From: a virus
Taxonomy: Duplodnaviria; Heunggongvirae; Uroviricota; Caudoviricetes
DNA length: 46,233 nt
Strand: one strand, 5' to 3'
Virus record (IMG/VR): IMGVR_UViG_3300042887_002597
Span: 1-46,233 of that record
This document shows, in pieces, positions 46,071 to 46,233 of this stretch (position 1 is its first letter; each line of letters starts with the position of its first letter). The translations under genes and the position numbers were made by a program. The notes beneath the pieces are model-generated. The model ran no database searches and had not been told where the DNA came from. It saw only the letters and a list, made by a program, of their open reading frames with translations.

Positions 46071-46232
46071 CTAGCGTACTCCGTTTTGTAGCTGTTGTGT
46101 TAGCGATGCGTCTGTCGGTTCTTGCGGACGAGGGTCAGATGACGGCTCGTTCTTTTGAATTACTACAGGTGCTGCTAGACTTTCTCTTGTCGGTTGAATA
46201 TACACAAAATTTTGCCAATCCTCCGCATTTAT
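46071..46232 (-). CDS. Partial CDS (3' end of an upstream gene)
   Basis: Open frame from the window edge, INAEDWQNFVYIQ...LQNGVR, ending in TAG at 46071. Confidence 0.5.
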   Translation of the reverse strand: MNAEDWQNFVYIQPTRESLAAPVVIQKNEPSSDPRPQEPTDASLTQQLQNGVR

Positions 46233-46233
46233 A

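Noticed and set aside
1-46233. Stop-codon reassignment
   Set aside because: Core genes are full length in the standard code, and TAA, TAG and TGA all serve as gene ends.
1-46233. CRISPR array, tRNA genes, introns/inteins, integrase or transposase
   Set aside because: No regularly spaced repeats or cloverleaf sequences seen; terminase, primase, portal and capsid are uninterrupted and of normal size. A tRNAscan/Infernal run would be needed to fully exclude RNA genes.

Overview
Segment of a large T4-like (probably myovirus) dsDNA phage genome; essentially all genes are on the minus strand and use the standard genetic code. Read in transcription direction (right to left): large baseplate/tail genes; a replication/recombination island (T7 endonuclease I-type resolvase, DnaG-type primase, single-chain SbcD-SbcC/Mre11-Rad50 fusion); another large structural gene; a cluster of small unknown proteins plus a 736-aa nucleotidyltransferase/LETM1-like/ligase-like fusion; the head module (large terminase, portal, prohead protease, scaffold, major capsid); phoH; neck genes (gp13/14/15-like); and tail fibre/receptor-binding genes. 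No Shine-Dalgarno motifs were seen and start regions are A-rich, which suggests a Bacteroidota host (inference). Most notable: (1) many unknown proteins begin with a shared MKLKxL..LxE leader resembling a capsid-targeting sequence plus prohead-protease site, suggesting a set of virion-packaged cargo proteins, including a putative three-part enzymatic polyprotein; (2) a TATTTATA motif, the reverse complement of the T4 late promoter, lies 3-18 nt upstream of about 13 start codons; (3) a twin-hairpin leader precedes the scaffold-capsid operon. All product calls come from motif recognition by eye, with no database searches.
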